Assembly (NCBI GenBank): GCA_003331625.1
Contig: QOPF01000002.1
Location: forward strand, 65,482-129,481
Length of the DNA stretch: 64,000 nt
Source: Gammaproteobacteria bacterium
Lineage (GTDB): Bacteria; Pseudomonadota; Gammaproteobacteria; Magnimaribacterales; AG-339-G14
Reading direction: 5' to 3'
The translations under genes and the position numbers were made by a program. Shown here in pieces: positions 9,415 through 19,078 of this stretch (its first letter is position 1; each line of letters opens with the position of its first letter). The notes beneath the pieces are model-generated. The model saw only the letters and a program-made list of their open reading frames with translations. It searched no databases and was not told the DNA's origin.

Positions 9415-9780
9415 TTAAGTCTCGACGTGAAAGAGTTTATTATAAATAACCCAGTTATTCTCAATTTTTAAAAAAGACAAAGAGTCTAAAAAACTCAAAC
9501 CTATATATTTATCCCTAACTAAGGCAACCGCGGTATCTCCAGCAATTTCAATAGAGAGAATTTCTAAATCTTTTGGCTCTTCTTTTTCTTTTGCCGAAGG
9601 TTGCTGAGAAGCTACAAATTTTGCAAAATCCTCTACCGATTGTTCAAATAATTTCTCTTGCATGAATCCAGTAATTTTTGCATTGGGATGAAAGACTTCT
9701 TCGACTTTTTGGGGATCAGACTCGTACATGCTATCGAAATATAGCTGTACTTTTTTTTCGATTTGAGTTTTTTCGTTCAC
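9415..9780 (-). CDS. NTF2-like (SnoaL/lumazine-binding-type) small protein
   Basis: The call rests on the 121-aa size, the alpha+beta cone pattern and an ending ...WVIYNKLFH typical of NTF2-like folds. Confidence 0.55.
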   Translation of the reverse strand: MNEKTQIEKKVQLYFDSMYESDPQKVEEVFHPNAKITGFMQEKLFEQSVEDFAKFVASQQPSAKEKEEPKDLEILSIEIAGDTAVALVRDKYIGLSFLDSLSFLKIENNWVIYNKLFHVET

Positions 9781-9783
9781 TCG

Positions 9784-10596
9784 TTAATCAAAAAAACAGA
9801 TTGCTCTTACTTCGATACTTTCTCTAGGTGAGACATTTTCATTAAAAGCAACATCATCAAAGGCGCTATGCAAAGTTGGCATAAAAGGTTTTTCGTTAGA
9901 GTCGTAAGTCTTAAACATTACTACCTCGTCTCTATTCATTTTTGGATAGAAATACCATTTGTGGTTGTCACTGTTCATCGATTGATATATTTCAACAGTG
10001 AATCCATTTTCATCCGCTAAAGTTTCAGTATTTTCTTCCTCTTTTCCGTAATTAAATAAATCGGTAGGTATAAGCTCTTTTTCCGAGACTGTTCTTGAGT
10101 CACAAAGAGCAAAAGGAGCATTCACTCCATCTTTATCAAAACGCCTCCATAAGTTATAAACAGTTATTCTGCTAGGGTTTGAATTGTTTTCATCAAGCAA
10201 GGGTTGAATAGTTTGTTTAAAATTTGGTGTGAAATCGTTATGCACTAATCTGTGCGCTCCCAGCCTCTTACCTTCAGCAGCTTCTGCTTCATTTCTAGCA
10301 ATATGCGAAACAATAAAAACTTCACTTGCTCCTGTCTGTTTTTTAACCAGCTTTGAGATTTCATCGTAATAAACTTCAGTCACTTCCTTATCGTCATAAA
10401 AATCTTTAATTGATGATTTATGATTCAGAAGAATAAAACCTGATTCGCTCAAAGAATGTTCTTCTTCTCGAGCATTGAATACTTCTTTAAAAAAACCTTT
10501 GTGGTCTGGTCTATCTGGATCCGGTTCTTTTTTTCCAAATGCTGGCTTTAACTCACCTTCTTTAAGAGGTTTTCTGTAAAAAAATTCTGCTTTCAT
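9784..10596 (-). CDS. CmcJ/NvfI (AsaB-like) family oxidoreductase
   Basis: Family-typical blocks are present: FYDDKEVTEVYYDE...TGA..VF, HRLVHNDFT, NLWRR..., WYFYPKM..DEV..FK.YDS and a C-terminal PRESIEVRAICF. Confidence 0.7.
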   Translation of the reverse strand: MKAEFFYRKPLKEGELKPAFGKKEPDPDRPDHKGFFKEVFNAREEEHSLSESGFILLNHKSSIKDFYDDKEVTEVYYDEISKLVKKQTGASEVFIVSHIARNEAEAAEGKRLGAHRLVHNDFTPNFKQTIQPLLDENNSNPSRITVYNLWRRFDKDGVNAPFALCDSRTVSEKELIPTDLFNYGKEEENTETLADENGFTVEIYQSMNSDNHKWYFYPKMNRDEVVMFKTYDSNEKPFMPTLHSAFDDVAFNENVSPRESIEVRAICFFD

Positions 10597-10605
10597 AAAT
10601 TTATT

Positions 10606-11772
10606 TTATGCTAAAAACTGTCTCTTTCGAAGCATATGAGGCTTTAAATCTTTAAGATTTTTAACTCCCATTAATTTCATATCTCTTTCTATTTCAATTT
10701 TCATATTGCCAAGAGCTTTTTCAACTCCTTTTTGCCCTGCTGCTGCTAGACCAAATAAATACATTCTTCCTCCAGAGCAAGCTGTTGCGCCCATTGCCAT
10801 GGCTTTAAGAACATGAGTTCCTCTTTGAATGCCACCATCAAGAATAACTTCGATTTCTCCTCCTACTTCCTGAAGAATTTCATCAAGTTGATCAAAAGGA
10901 CTTCTCCCCCCGTCTAACTGTCTTCCGCCATGATTGGATATCATAATTGCATCGGCTTTCATTTCTACTGCCTTTCTTGCATCACTAGCGCTCATAATTC
11001 CTTTAAGACAAAACTTTCTTCCCCAATTTTCTTTAAGTTTTATCACATCATCCCAAGTCATGCTTTGATCTAACATCGTCGAGAAATAATCTCCAACTGA
11101 TATAGCAATATTGGTTCCTTCATTAACGTGACTTGATAACTGAGATAATTCAAATTTTTCTCTAAAAAAATAATTAAGGGCCCAGGCTGGTTTTGAAGCA
11201 AACTCAAAAATGCTTTTAGGGGTTAGCTTGGGAGGTGTTGTGAAGCCAGTTTTTAAATCTCTTTCTCGATTTCCTCCAGTAATTGTATCAACAGTCAAAG
11301 TTAAGATTTCAAAATTTGCTTCTTGAGCCATTGTTATCATTGAATCGTTCAACGCTCTGTCTTTATGGAAATAGAATTGAAACATCTTTGGAGTCTTGAT
11401 TAAGTCATCAATGTCTTTTAGCTTGACGGTGCCTAAAGAAGAGACTCCGAACAATGTATTAAATTTTTCTGCAGCAAGCGCAACTCCTCTTTCACCTTGA
11501 TGATGGAATAGTCTTTGTAAAGCTGTCGGAGAACAAAATATTGGCAAATCAATTTTGTATCCCATGACTTCAACAGACATATCAATGTTTTCAACTCCAG
11601 CAAGAACATTTGGAACTAAATCAACATCCATGAATGATTCTGTATTTCTTCTATAAGTTGTTTCATCTTCCGCCGCACCATCAATATAGTGATAAAGCGG
11701 TCCGGGTAAACGTCTTTTTGCTAAATCTTTTAAATCTGTAAAGTTATGACAATTTTTTAATGTTCTAGGCAT
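10606..11772 (-). CDS. FMN-dependent alpha-hydroxy acid dehydrogenase/oxidase (LldD/mandelate dehydrogenase family)
   Basis: It has the signature SNHGGRQLDG, a TIM-barrel FMN family layout and is 388 aa long. Confidence 0.88.
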   Translation of the reverse strand: MPRTLKNCHNFTDLKDLAKRRLPGPLYHYIDGAAEDETTYRRNTESFMDVDLVPNVLAGVENIDMSVEVMGYKIDLPIFCSPTALQRLFHHQGERGVALAAEKFNTLFGVSSLGTVKLKDIDDLIKTPKMFQFYFHKDRALNDSMITMAQEANFEILTLTVDTITGGNRERDLKTGFTTPPKLTPKSIFEFASKPAWALNYFFREKFELSQLSSHVNEGTNIAISVGDYFSTMLDQSMTWDDVIKLKENWGRKFCLKGIMSASDARKAVEMKADAIMISNHGGRQLDGGRSPFDQLDEILQEVGGEIEVILDGGIQRGTHVLKAMAMGATACSGGRMYLFGLAAAGQKGVEKALGNMKIEIERDMKLMGVKNLKDLKPHMLRKRQFLA

Positions 11773-11851
11773 GATAATTTTAAAAATCTATTTTAAACAT
11801 CAAACTCGATATGTAATAGTAGATATTATTAAAAATTTTATTGAGGTCATA

Positions 11852-12631
11852 ATGTCAGAATACGAAACGCCAAATTTTTCTTTAGATTTATCAGATCAAG
11901 TTGCCTTAGTCACAGGCGCTTCATCAGGATTAGGTTATAGATTTGCTAAGGTTCTTGCTAAATGCGGAGCTAAAGTTGCAATCTCTGCTCGAAGAAAAGA
12001 AAAATTAGAAGCTCTAGCAAAAGAAATAGAATCTGATGGCGGAGAATGTCTGGTCGTACCATTAGATATGACGAATAGAAAAAGTATTAATTCTGCAGTT
12101 GAATCGATTTCAAGTGATTTAGGAACTATAAATACGCTTATTAATAATGCGGGAATACCAGATGCTCAGTGGGCAGTAAAACAATCTGAAGAGTTAATTG
12201 ATAATGTCATGGAAACAAATCTAACCGGTCCCTATATTCTTTCTTGCGAAGTTGCGAGAAAACTTATGAGTGAAAAAAAGCCAGGACGAATGGTAAATAT
12301 AGCTTCAATTGCTGCTTTCAATACTACTCCTCAATCTGCAGCTGCTCTTTATTCAATTACCAAAAAAGCTATAGTGAGAATGACCGAAGCCTTGGCAGTA
12401 GAATGGTCTAAAAATCATATAAATGTAAACGCAATTGCTCCGGGAGCTTTTTCATCTGAGATGTTAGATGGAATGATCGAAAGAATAGGCGACTTTAGTC
12501 AGGCTTTTCCGAGAAAAAGGATTTGTACTCCTGAACAAATGGATTCAACTTTATTATTTTTAGTATCTCCATCTTCAGAGTGTGTGACTGGAACTTGTAT
12601 AAAAATTGATGATGGACAAGGTCCAAGGTAA
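11852..12631 (+). CDS. Short-chain dehydrogenase/reductase
   Basis: It has TGASSGLG (TGxxxGxG), NNAG and YSITKKA (YxxxK). I place the start at ATG 11852 (MSEYETPNF). The track ORF start at 11771 overlaps the divergent gene and adds a non-SDR extension. Confidence 0.85.
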   Translation: MSEYETPNFSLDLSDQVALVTGASSGLGYRFAKVLAKCGAKVAISARRKEKLEALAKEIESDGGECLVVPLDMTNRKSINSAVESISSDLGTINTLINNAGIPDAQWAVKQSEELIDNVMETNLTGPYILSCEVARKLMSEKKPGRMVNIASIAAFNTTPQSAAALYSITKKAIVRMTEALAVEWSKNHINVNAIAPGAFSSEMLDGMIERIGDFSQAFPRKRICTPEQMDSTLLFLVSPSSECVTGTCIKIDDGQGPR

Positions 12632-12633
12632 TT

Positions 12634-14229
12634 TTATACCTGAAGATTTATTACCTTTTTGATAGAGCCATCATCTTCTTCGGATCCTCCATGTCCTCCA
12701 CAGATATGTAGATTAATATCAACTTTTTGGTTTGTTATATTTATTAAAGAGAAACCGTTTTCTTCTCTGATTTTTAATTTTTCATTTACATCAAGAAATT
12801 CTGGTTTGCTTGCAATAATTCCTCTAGCTGCAGATGGCCAAGTACCTGTCGAACTACTAATAGGCCCTACTAAGGTTGATAAAATTGGTTTCTTAAGGAA
12901 ATAATCCCCGCTTTTGATTATTTGATTTGATCCTATAGCATGAATATCTCCGGAAAAAGTGAAGCTATTGCCTTTTCTATCAGATAGCCCCTTCAAAAAT
13001 CTTTGATGTTGTAAAAACCATCCTTTTTGCCATAAATATTTTTCAGCTTTGGTGGTTAGTTTTCCTTTTTTTCCTGATAAAAGTTCATTCATAATTGTTC
13101 CATCCTCTTCATCAGAAGCTACTACATCTGGATACCATTCTCTCCACTTTCCTGCTGTATATCCCATAGGGTGTGAAGGAATAAATGCAAGGTGCTTTGC
13201 TGATGATTTTTTAAAACGAGATAAAATCCAGTCCTCATTTTTTGAATGCACCAAACAAGCTTGTTTTCCTCCTAATGACATATCGCCAGCACAATCTGCA
13301 AGTAGACCTTCAAAAAGACTCCCGTAACGAATTCTTCCAATTTTTCTTTCAATTGCATCACTGGGGCAATCTAGAAGAGGAGGATAAAATAAATCAGCCA
13401 TTCCTTTAAAAGCACTTTTACTAAATTCATCTGCAGGAAAAGTAACTAGATTTTCTTCAGCATCATCATTTTCAAAATAATCATGATCATCAGGGAGAAA
13501 AAAAATAGGAATACTTTTGAAGCGTTTTCCATATAGAGATGCTATTTGATCGTTACCGATATTTTTCAGAACCATTTCATTATGGTCGCTTCTTCCATCT
13601 TCGTTTCTGTTGAAAGATCCATATAAAAACTTAAGTAAGCCTCCTATTAAAAATTTAATAAATGCTGATTGTTGTCTTCCTAAAGGAGGTAAATCTCCTC
13701 CTCTCAAATCCCAATATACGTGGTCTCCAATTGCTATTGCTATGTCAGGTTTATTGCTAATGCCCTCATCAAACATTTTTTGTCTAAAAACAAAGGGTTT
13801 AAAAAATTCTTTACCTCCAAAAGACGTTCCATCTCCTCCACCAGCACAAGTAAATGCCATAATCTTGAGATTATTTACTTCTTCATTTTTATTTGGCAGA
13901 GTTTTTAGCGGCCAATCTGATTCTAATATCTCTTCTTTGGAGACTAAAGAAAGAGAGTAGGTTCTATTCGATCTTAAGTTTTCGCAAATAAACTGCCAAT
14001 GTTTTCCTTCTCTATCTATCTTTGTGCCATTAAAAATCTTTTCATCAACTTTAAGAAATAGTTCATTAATTCCTTTTGATAAAGATATCGTTGCTGCTAA
14101 TTTGTCGCTACTTGCAGAACATAATATGTGAAGAACTTTTGGTTTGCTAAGCCAAGAAAATAATGATCTTGAAAATAAAAGAACTATTAATAAGCCAGAT
14201 AACTTTAAAAAACTTCTTCTTGAAATCAA
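12634..14229 (-). CDS. Tat-signal metallophosphoesterase-like protein (possibly PhoD-like phosphatase)
   Basis: The N-terminus MISRRSFLKLSGL matches the twin-arginine consensus S-R-R-x-F-L-K. GDHVYWD and DDHDY-type segments are compatible with a calcineurin-like/PhoD fold. The family assignment is tentative. Confidence 0.5.
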   Translation of the reverse strand: MISRRSFLKLSGLLIVLLFSRSLFSWLSKPKVLHILCSASSDKLAATISLSKGINELFLKVDEKIFNGTKIDREGKHWQFICENLRSNRTYSLSLVSKEEILESDWPLKTLPNKNEEVNNLKIMAFTCAGGGDGTSFGGKEFFKPFVFRQKMFDEGISNKPDIAIAIGDHVYWDLRGGDLPPLGRQQSAFIKFLIGGLLKFLYGSFNRNEDGRSDHNEMVLKNIGNDQIASLYGKRFKSIPIFFLPDDHDYFENDDAEENLVTFPADEFSKSAFKGMADLFYPPLLDCPSDAIERKIGRIRYGSLFEGLLADCAGDMSLGGKQACLVHSKNEDWILSRFKKSSAKHLAFIPSHPMGYTAGKWREWYPDVVASDEEDGTIMNELLSGKKGKLTTKAEKYLWQKGWFLQHQRFLKGLSDRKGNSFTFSGDIHAIGSNQIIKSGDYFLKKPILSTLVGPISSSTGTWPSAARGIIASKPEFLDVNEKLKIREENGFSLINITNQKVDINLHICGGHGGSEEDDGSIKKVINLQV

Positions 14230-14238
14230 TTTATTAAA

Positions 14239-14673
14239 CTATCCTTGAGATGTCTTCATTTTTTCCAACATATCTTGCATTTGTTGATGAAGCTTATTTA
14301 CCGCTTGGAGAGGTCTTACAATAACTTTGAATTCTGTAATTTTATTTTCTTCGTTCCAGCTAATTAAATCTATACCATTTACGTAGATACCATCTATTTC
14401 GGTTTCAAACTCTAGAACAGCCGAATTTTCACCAATTACTTCTTTGATGTATCTAAACTTTGAAGGGCTTTTTTTATCTAAAATTTCTTTTGGGCTATCT
14501 TCTCCTCCAAAGACGCCTCCTGCTGCCATCAAATACATTTTGGTTATCTCTCTTCCTCTTTGGGGCGTGTAAACCACTGGAGAATAAAAAACACAATCCT
14601 CAGCTAAAATTTCATCATATTTATCTGGATTGTCTGATTTGATTACTTCGTACCATTTTTCTATAGCGTGCAT
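14239..14673 (-). CDS. SnoaL/NTF2-like protein
   Basis: The 144-aa ORF has a pattern typical of SnoaL-like polyketide-cyclase-fold proteins. Confidence 0.5.
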   Translation of the reverse strand: MHAIEKWYEVIKSDNPDKYDEILAEDCVFYSPVVYTPQRGREITKMYLMAAGGVFGGEDSPKEILDKKSPSKFRYIKEVIGENSAVLEFETEIDGIYVNGIDLISWNEENKITEFKVIVRPLQAVNKLHQQMQDMLEKMKTSQG

Positions 14674-14756
14674 TTTTATCTCCTAATATAAATTCAAAAA
14701 AATTTTTGAAAGTCTATGATAATCTTAATTCAAAGTTTCATTATTTGGGAGAGAAT

Positions 14757-16139
14757 ATGGACGAATTAGTTAAAAAAGGTGCCATTGAATTAGGGCAGCT
14801 TATTAATAAAGGAGAAACCTCAAGTGAGGAGGTTGTGAAAGCTCACCTTGAACGAATAAAAAAAGTAAACCCTGAAATTAATGCTATTACGATTTCTTTG
14901 GAAGAATCTGCTTTGGAATTAGCGATCAAAAGTGATAATGCCTCAAAAGAAGATAAGGCAAGGCCTCTTCATGGAGTTCCTTTCACAATCAAAGAAAACA
15001 TAGATTTTTTAGATTCACCAACAACTAATGGACTACCCTTTTTTGCCGAAGAATTTCCGCCAAAAAATGCTCCAATTGTTGATCGGATGTTGAATGCTGG
15101 GGCTATTCCAATAGGTAGAACCAATTTACCTGAAATGGGTTTGCGCCTGGATACCGATAATCCACTGAGAGGTCGAACATTCAATCCTTGGAACAAAAAA
15201 TTAACTCCAGGAGGATCGAGCGGAGGAGAAGCAGCGGCAATAGCAACTGGAATGTCTCCTATTGGATTGGGAAATGATGTTGGTGGTTCTCTGAGAAATC
15301 CTGCTTATTGCTGTGGGATAAGTTCAATCAAACCAACAGTAGGCAGAGTTCCAGGAGTACATAGTGGCGCTATGGAAAATATCGGTTTAGTTGCTCCATT
15401 TTTAACTGATGGGCCAATGGCAAGAAAGGTTGAAGACATTAAAACTGGCCTTTCAATTTTGGCAGGCAGACATATTGATGATCCAAATTCGGTTGACGTT
15501 CCATTGGAAGGAAAAATGCCAGAGAAATTTAAAGCTGCCTTAGTAAAAGAAATAGATGGTATTGAACTTCCCTCGGCAACAGTCAAAGAAATTGAAGATG
15601 CTGGAAAAATTCTTTCCGAAAATGGTTGGATTGTTGAGGAAGTACAGGCTCCAGAATTAGATAAGGTCTATGACATATGGGGAGTAATTCTTGCTGAGGG
15701 TGGTTTGCAACTTGCTCCTAAAGAGCTTTTTAAACCAGAAACTGCTGCTTACCTAGATAGATATACTGAAACTTTCAGTCATATTAATTTATCAATGGAT
15801 CAAAAGTTTGTTGAGAGATTTAGGCTTAGAAAAGTTTGGTCAAATTTTTTGAATGAATATCAGGTTTGTATTGGTCCAACTTGGTGTAATTTACCTTGGC
15901 AAATTGATACAGATTTGGATCCAAAATTAGGAGATGATGTACTCAAGAAAAGTTTTTACTTTATTGCGCCTGCTAACGGCTTAGGGTTACCTGCAGTGGC
16001 TTTAGCTACTGGAGTTTCAGACGGCATTCCTACAGGAATTCAAATATATGCTGATTTATTCAGAGATGACTTGGCTTTGTTAGCAGCTGAAATAATTGAG
16101 AAAGAAAAACCTTGCCCTTCGCCAATTAATCCTATGTAG
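14757..16139 (+). CDS. Amidase (amidase-signature family)
   Basis: The AS signature GGSSGGEAAA is present, with a downstream GNDVGGSLR. I prefer ATG 14757 (MDELVKKG, preceded by GGGAGAG) to the TTG at 14706 used in the track. Confidence 0.88.
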   Translation: MDELVKKGAIELGQLINKGETSSEEVVKAHLERIKKVNPEINAITISLEESALELAIKSDNASKEDKARPLHGVPFTIKENIDFLDSPTTNGLPFFAEEFPPKNAPIVDRMLNAGAIPIGRTNLPEMGLRLDTDNPLRGRTFNPWNKKLTPGGSSGGEAAAIATGMSPIGLGNDVGGSLRNPAYCCGISSIKPTVGRVPGVHSGAMENIGLVAPFLTDGPMARKVEDIKTGLSILAGRHIDDPNSVDVPLEGKMPEKFKAALVKEIDGIELPSATVKEIEDAGKILSENGWIVEEVQAPELDKVYDIWGVILAEGGLQLAPKELFKPETAAYLDRYTETFSHINLSMDQKFVERFRLRKVWSNFLNEYQVCIGPTWCNLPWQIDTDLDPKLGDDVLKKSFYFIAPANGLGLPAVALATGVSDGIPTGIQIYADLFRDDLALLAAEIIEKEKPCPSPINPM

Positions 16140-16142
16140 GTA

Positions 16143-16170
16143 AAGGTTTTGACATATAAACCTTCTTTTT
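16143..16170 (+). terminator. Weak intrinsic terminator after the amidase gene
   Basis: The hairpin AAGGTTT(16143-16149)-N8-AAACCTT(16158-16164) is followed by CTTTTT. The stem is 7 bp with only 2 GC pairs. Confidence 0.4.
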
Positions 16171-16175
16171 AAAAA

Positions 16176-16838
16176 ATGATTGTTAACTTTCACAACATAG
16201 AACTTGAAACTTCTGAAGATTCATTTCGCCCAACTTTAATTAGTGAAGAGTGCGCTTTAAATGCTGATTTTATAAATAAAAAGGTCTTGGACATGGGGTG
16301 CGGCATTGGGCCTCTAGCAATTTATTTCGCAAAAAATGGAGCTACTGAAGTTGATGCTTGCGATATTTACGATAAACATTTAGAACTGACAAAACTTAAT
16401 GCAAAGCGAAACGATGTTTCAATTAATGTTATTGAGTCTGACTTATTTCAAAACGTGACCAGTAAATACGATTTAATCTGTTGTGATGTTTCTGGGGTAT
16501 CGAAAAATATTGCTGAAGTAACTGGCTGGTTTCCGACCGAAGTTCCCAAAGCAGATGATAGCGGATCAAATTTAATCGTAAGAGTTGTTGAAGGCAGTCC
16601 TGAACATCTCAAGGATGGAGGCTGTTTAAACATTTGTACAACTTCTTTTTCAAATATTCAAGAAATTGAAAATACCATGAAAAAATCTTTTCCAGATAAA
16701 TGGGAGAAGATTTTGGAAAAAGAGGTGCCTTTCTCAAAGCGTTTGATAGCAAATATAGATTTATTGAAAGATGAAATGTACTTAGAAAAAAATGGAAATT
16801 ATTTCTGGATATTTTCTATGTATAAATTAAGTAAATAA
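16176..16838 (+). CDS. Class I SAM-dependent methyltransferase
   Basis: Motif I is VLDMGCGIGPL and the post-I acidic residue is in ACDI. The substrate is not recognisable. Confidence 0.7.
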   Translation: MIVNFHNIELETSEDSFRPTLISEECALNADFINKKVLDMGCGIGPLAIYFAKNGATEVDACDIYDKHLELTKLNAKRNDVSINVIESDLFQNVTSKYDLICCDVSGVSKNIAEVTGWFPTEVPKADDSGSNLIVRVVEGSPEHLKDGGCLNICTTSFSNIQEIENTMKKSFPDKWEKILEKEVPFSKRLIANIDLLKDEMYLEKNGNYFWIFSMYKLSK

Positions 16839-17810
16839 ATTTTTAAGTTCTTTTAATTGTTCTTCGCTTAACTCAGTCATATTTTCAGCATCTAAACATT
16901 CTTTTAATTCTTGAGTATTTTTTACTCCCAAAATCACTGAGCTTACTTTTTGTGTCGAAAGAGCATAACGATGTGCTAGAGAGGCTGGAGATTCACTCCA
17001 CTCTTTTGCAAGATCTCTAAAAGATTTTGCTTTCTCATAGTCATCAAAATCAGGTTTGTCTCTTCCTGAGGGATGAGGTACGCGATCCATTTTTGAAGTT
17101 AATGCTCCTGCCTGAACTGCTCTGATAGCCAAAATAGGAATCTCTTTGTCCTGGCACTCTTTTAGAATTCTATTTGGATTGGGTTTTTTGCTGATATAGC
17201 CTATTGCTCCAATTGAGTTCATCATGTTTACTGCACACTGCATAGCTTCAGGTTGTTTTTCATGATTAATTGCGGAAATTAAAGCTTGTTCTTCTCCCAA
17301 ACCTATTCCCCATGAATCTATCTTTCCTTCAGACTTCAATTTTTCAAATGCTGGAATCACGGAGTCGTAATAACAAGATAAAGAAGTTGTAATTGAATCT
17401 TTTAAATCATTTAAAACAGGCAGTTGATAGTCATCCTTAATCAATTGAGAGTGCAAAAGAAATAAATTTACCTTATCTATTTTCATTCTCTCAAAACTTT
17501 CTATAAGCGATTCATTGAGTTTGTCATAAATCTTAGAATCTGGAAGAGTGCCCAACTGACATTTTGTTGTAATCTTTAATTCAGATAAATCCCTATCTTT
17601 TAGTGCTTCTCCAACGACTAGTTCAGCCTCGCCTCTGCCATACATTGGCGCCATATCTAAGTGATTTATACCTGAGTCTATTGCTGACAGAACAGTCTCA
17701 ACTGCTTCTTTCCTAGTAGTTGTGCCCCACACATTTCCAATTCCGCCACCGCCTAAAGTTAAAGCGCTGACTGTTCCGAATGGTTTGAAAGATCTTTGTT
17801 CCATAGTCAT
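16827..17810 (-). CDS. Aldo/keto reductase
   Basis: The 327-aa ORF shows the AKR pattern (LDMAPMYGRGEAE, LLHS, ...VILGVKN). Its 3' end overlaps the convergent methyltransferase by 12 nt. Confidence 0.8.
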   Translation of the reverse strand: MTMEQRSFKPFGTVSALTLGGGGIGNVWGTTTRKEAVETVLSAIDSGINHLDMAPMYGRGEAELVVGEALKDRDLSELKITTKCQLGTLPDSKIYDKLNESLIESFERMKIDKVNLFLLHSQLIKDDYQLPVLNDLKDSITTSLSCYYDSVIPAFEKLKSEGKIDSWGIGLGEEQALISAINHEKQPEAMQCAVNMMNSIGAIGYISKKPNPNRILKECQDKEIPILAIRAVQAGALTSKMDRVPHPSGRDKPDFDDYEKAKSFRDLAKEWSESPASLAHRYALSTQKVSSVILGVKNTQELKECLDAENMTELSEEQLKELKNLFT

Positions 17811-17841
17811 TATCCTAAAAATTATAAAAATATATTATTCA

Positions 17842-19017
17842 CTAGATACTTGTTGCATCATAATTATATAAGTCATTCATTATTTTTTTCCCAGCAAAAT
17901 TCATAACCAAATTTCTCATGACGGCAGCCAGCCCAGACAAATGAAATATCTTGGCATTTCTTGCTGCCATTTTTTGAACCATAGTAGTTCTAATTTTTCT
18001 TTTACTCTCATAATCAATCAGACCTAATTTGCAATCACTAAAAGATGCCAAACTCGATGCTAAAATTGCTCCATCTTCTATAGCCATAGCAGCTCCTTGG
18101 GCTAAAAAAGGTAGCATTGGGTGGGCTGAATCTCCCAATAAAGTGATTCTTTTTTTACTCCATTGTTTAAGAGGCAAACGATCATGAAGGGCCCATCTAT
18201 ACAAGCTTTCTGGATTTGAATATTCTAAAAGAGTTTGGAGAGAATCATGCCAGCCTTTATACAACTCTTTTAATTCTTCAATGTTCCCCCTTTCAGCCCA
18301 ATTTTCATTTGTCCAGCCTTCTTGCTCGACTAAACACACGCAATTCAACATTGATCCATTTTTTACATGATATTGAACGAAATGTTTATTTGGCCCCAAC
18401 CAAACAGTTGTATTGGGTTGGACTAAATTTGGTGGCAAACGATCAACTGGAACAAGCATTCTCCATGCGACATTACCCGTAAACCTAGCCCTATCGTCTC
18501 CCCAGAGTTTTTTTCTAACCAAAGAATGTATTCCATCCGCTCCAATAATTAAATCTCCTTCAACTTTTCCTTGATTGGTATGGATATAAGCAGAAATCTC
18601 ATCCTGACTGACATCATGAACAACTGAGTTGGTGTGAATTTTTATTCCTTGTTTTTTTACTTCTTCTAGCAAAACTTTTTGTAGATCAGCGCGGTGAACA
18701 TCGTAATTAGGTGCGCCATATTTTTTTTCTATTTCTTCACCTAAATTCTGTTCAGCAATAATATTTTTATTTTTATAGTTTAAAAACTTAAAAGCTTGAG
18801 GCTCAAAAGTATATTTTCGGAGTTCAGATAAGAGGCCTAAATAATTTAGAACTTTAGTTGCGTTAGGAGAAAGCTGGACACCTGCTCCAAGTTCACTTAA
18901 CTCAGGAGTTTTTTCATATATTTCTGACTTGAGGCCTTTTTTTGCTAAACACAAAGCTGTGACAAGCCCACCTATCCCAGCTCCAATAATAATTGTGTTT
19001 AAAGTTTTGTTTGTCAT
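17842..19017 (-). CDS. FAD-dependent aromatic-ring monooxygenase (salicylate hydroxylase/UbiH-like)
   Basis: It has the GAGIGGL dinucleotide fold, DGIHSLVR and GDSAHPMLPFLAQGAAMAIEDG. Confidence 0.85.
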   Translation of the reverse strand: MTNKTLNTIIIGAGIGGLVTALCLAKKGLKSEIYEKTPELSELGAGVQLSPNATKVLNYLGLLSELRKYTFEPQAFKFLNYKNKNIIAEQNLGEEIEKKYGAPNYDVHRADLQKVLLEEVKKQGIKIHTNSVVHDVSQDEISAYIHTNQGKVEGDLIIGADGIHSLVRKKLWGDDRARFTGNVAWRMLVPVDRLPPNLVQPNTTVWLGPNKHFVQYHVKNGSMLNCVCLVEQEGWTNENWAERGNIEELKELYKGWHDSLQTLLEYSNPESLYRWALHDRLPLKQWSKKRITLLGDSAHPMLPFLAQGAAMAIEDGAILASSLASFSDCKLGLIDYESKRKIRTTMVQKMAARNAKIFHLSGLAAVMRNLVMNFAGKKIMNDLYNYDATSI

Positions 19018-19078
19018 TCTAAAAAATCTAGAGCTATATGCTATTCTCTCAAATTAATGATCACAATATTAAATTAAA

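Noticed and set aside
13049-13960. Several plus-strand ORFs (62-116 aa) antisense to the Tat-signal phosphoesterase gene.
   Set aside because: They are shadow ORFs on the opposite strand of a long supported CDS. They overlap one another in different frames and have no recognisable motifs.
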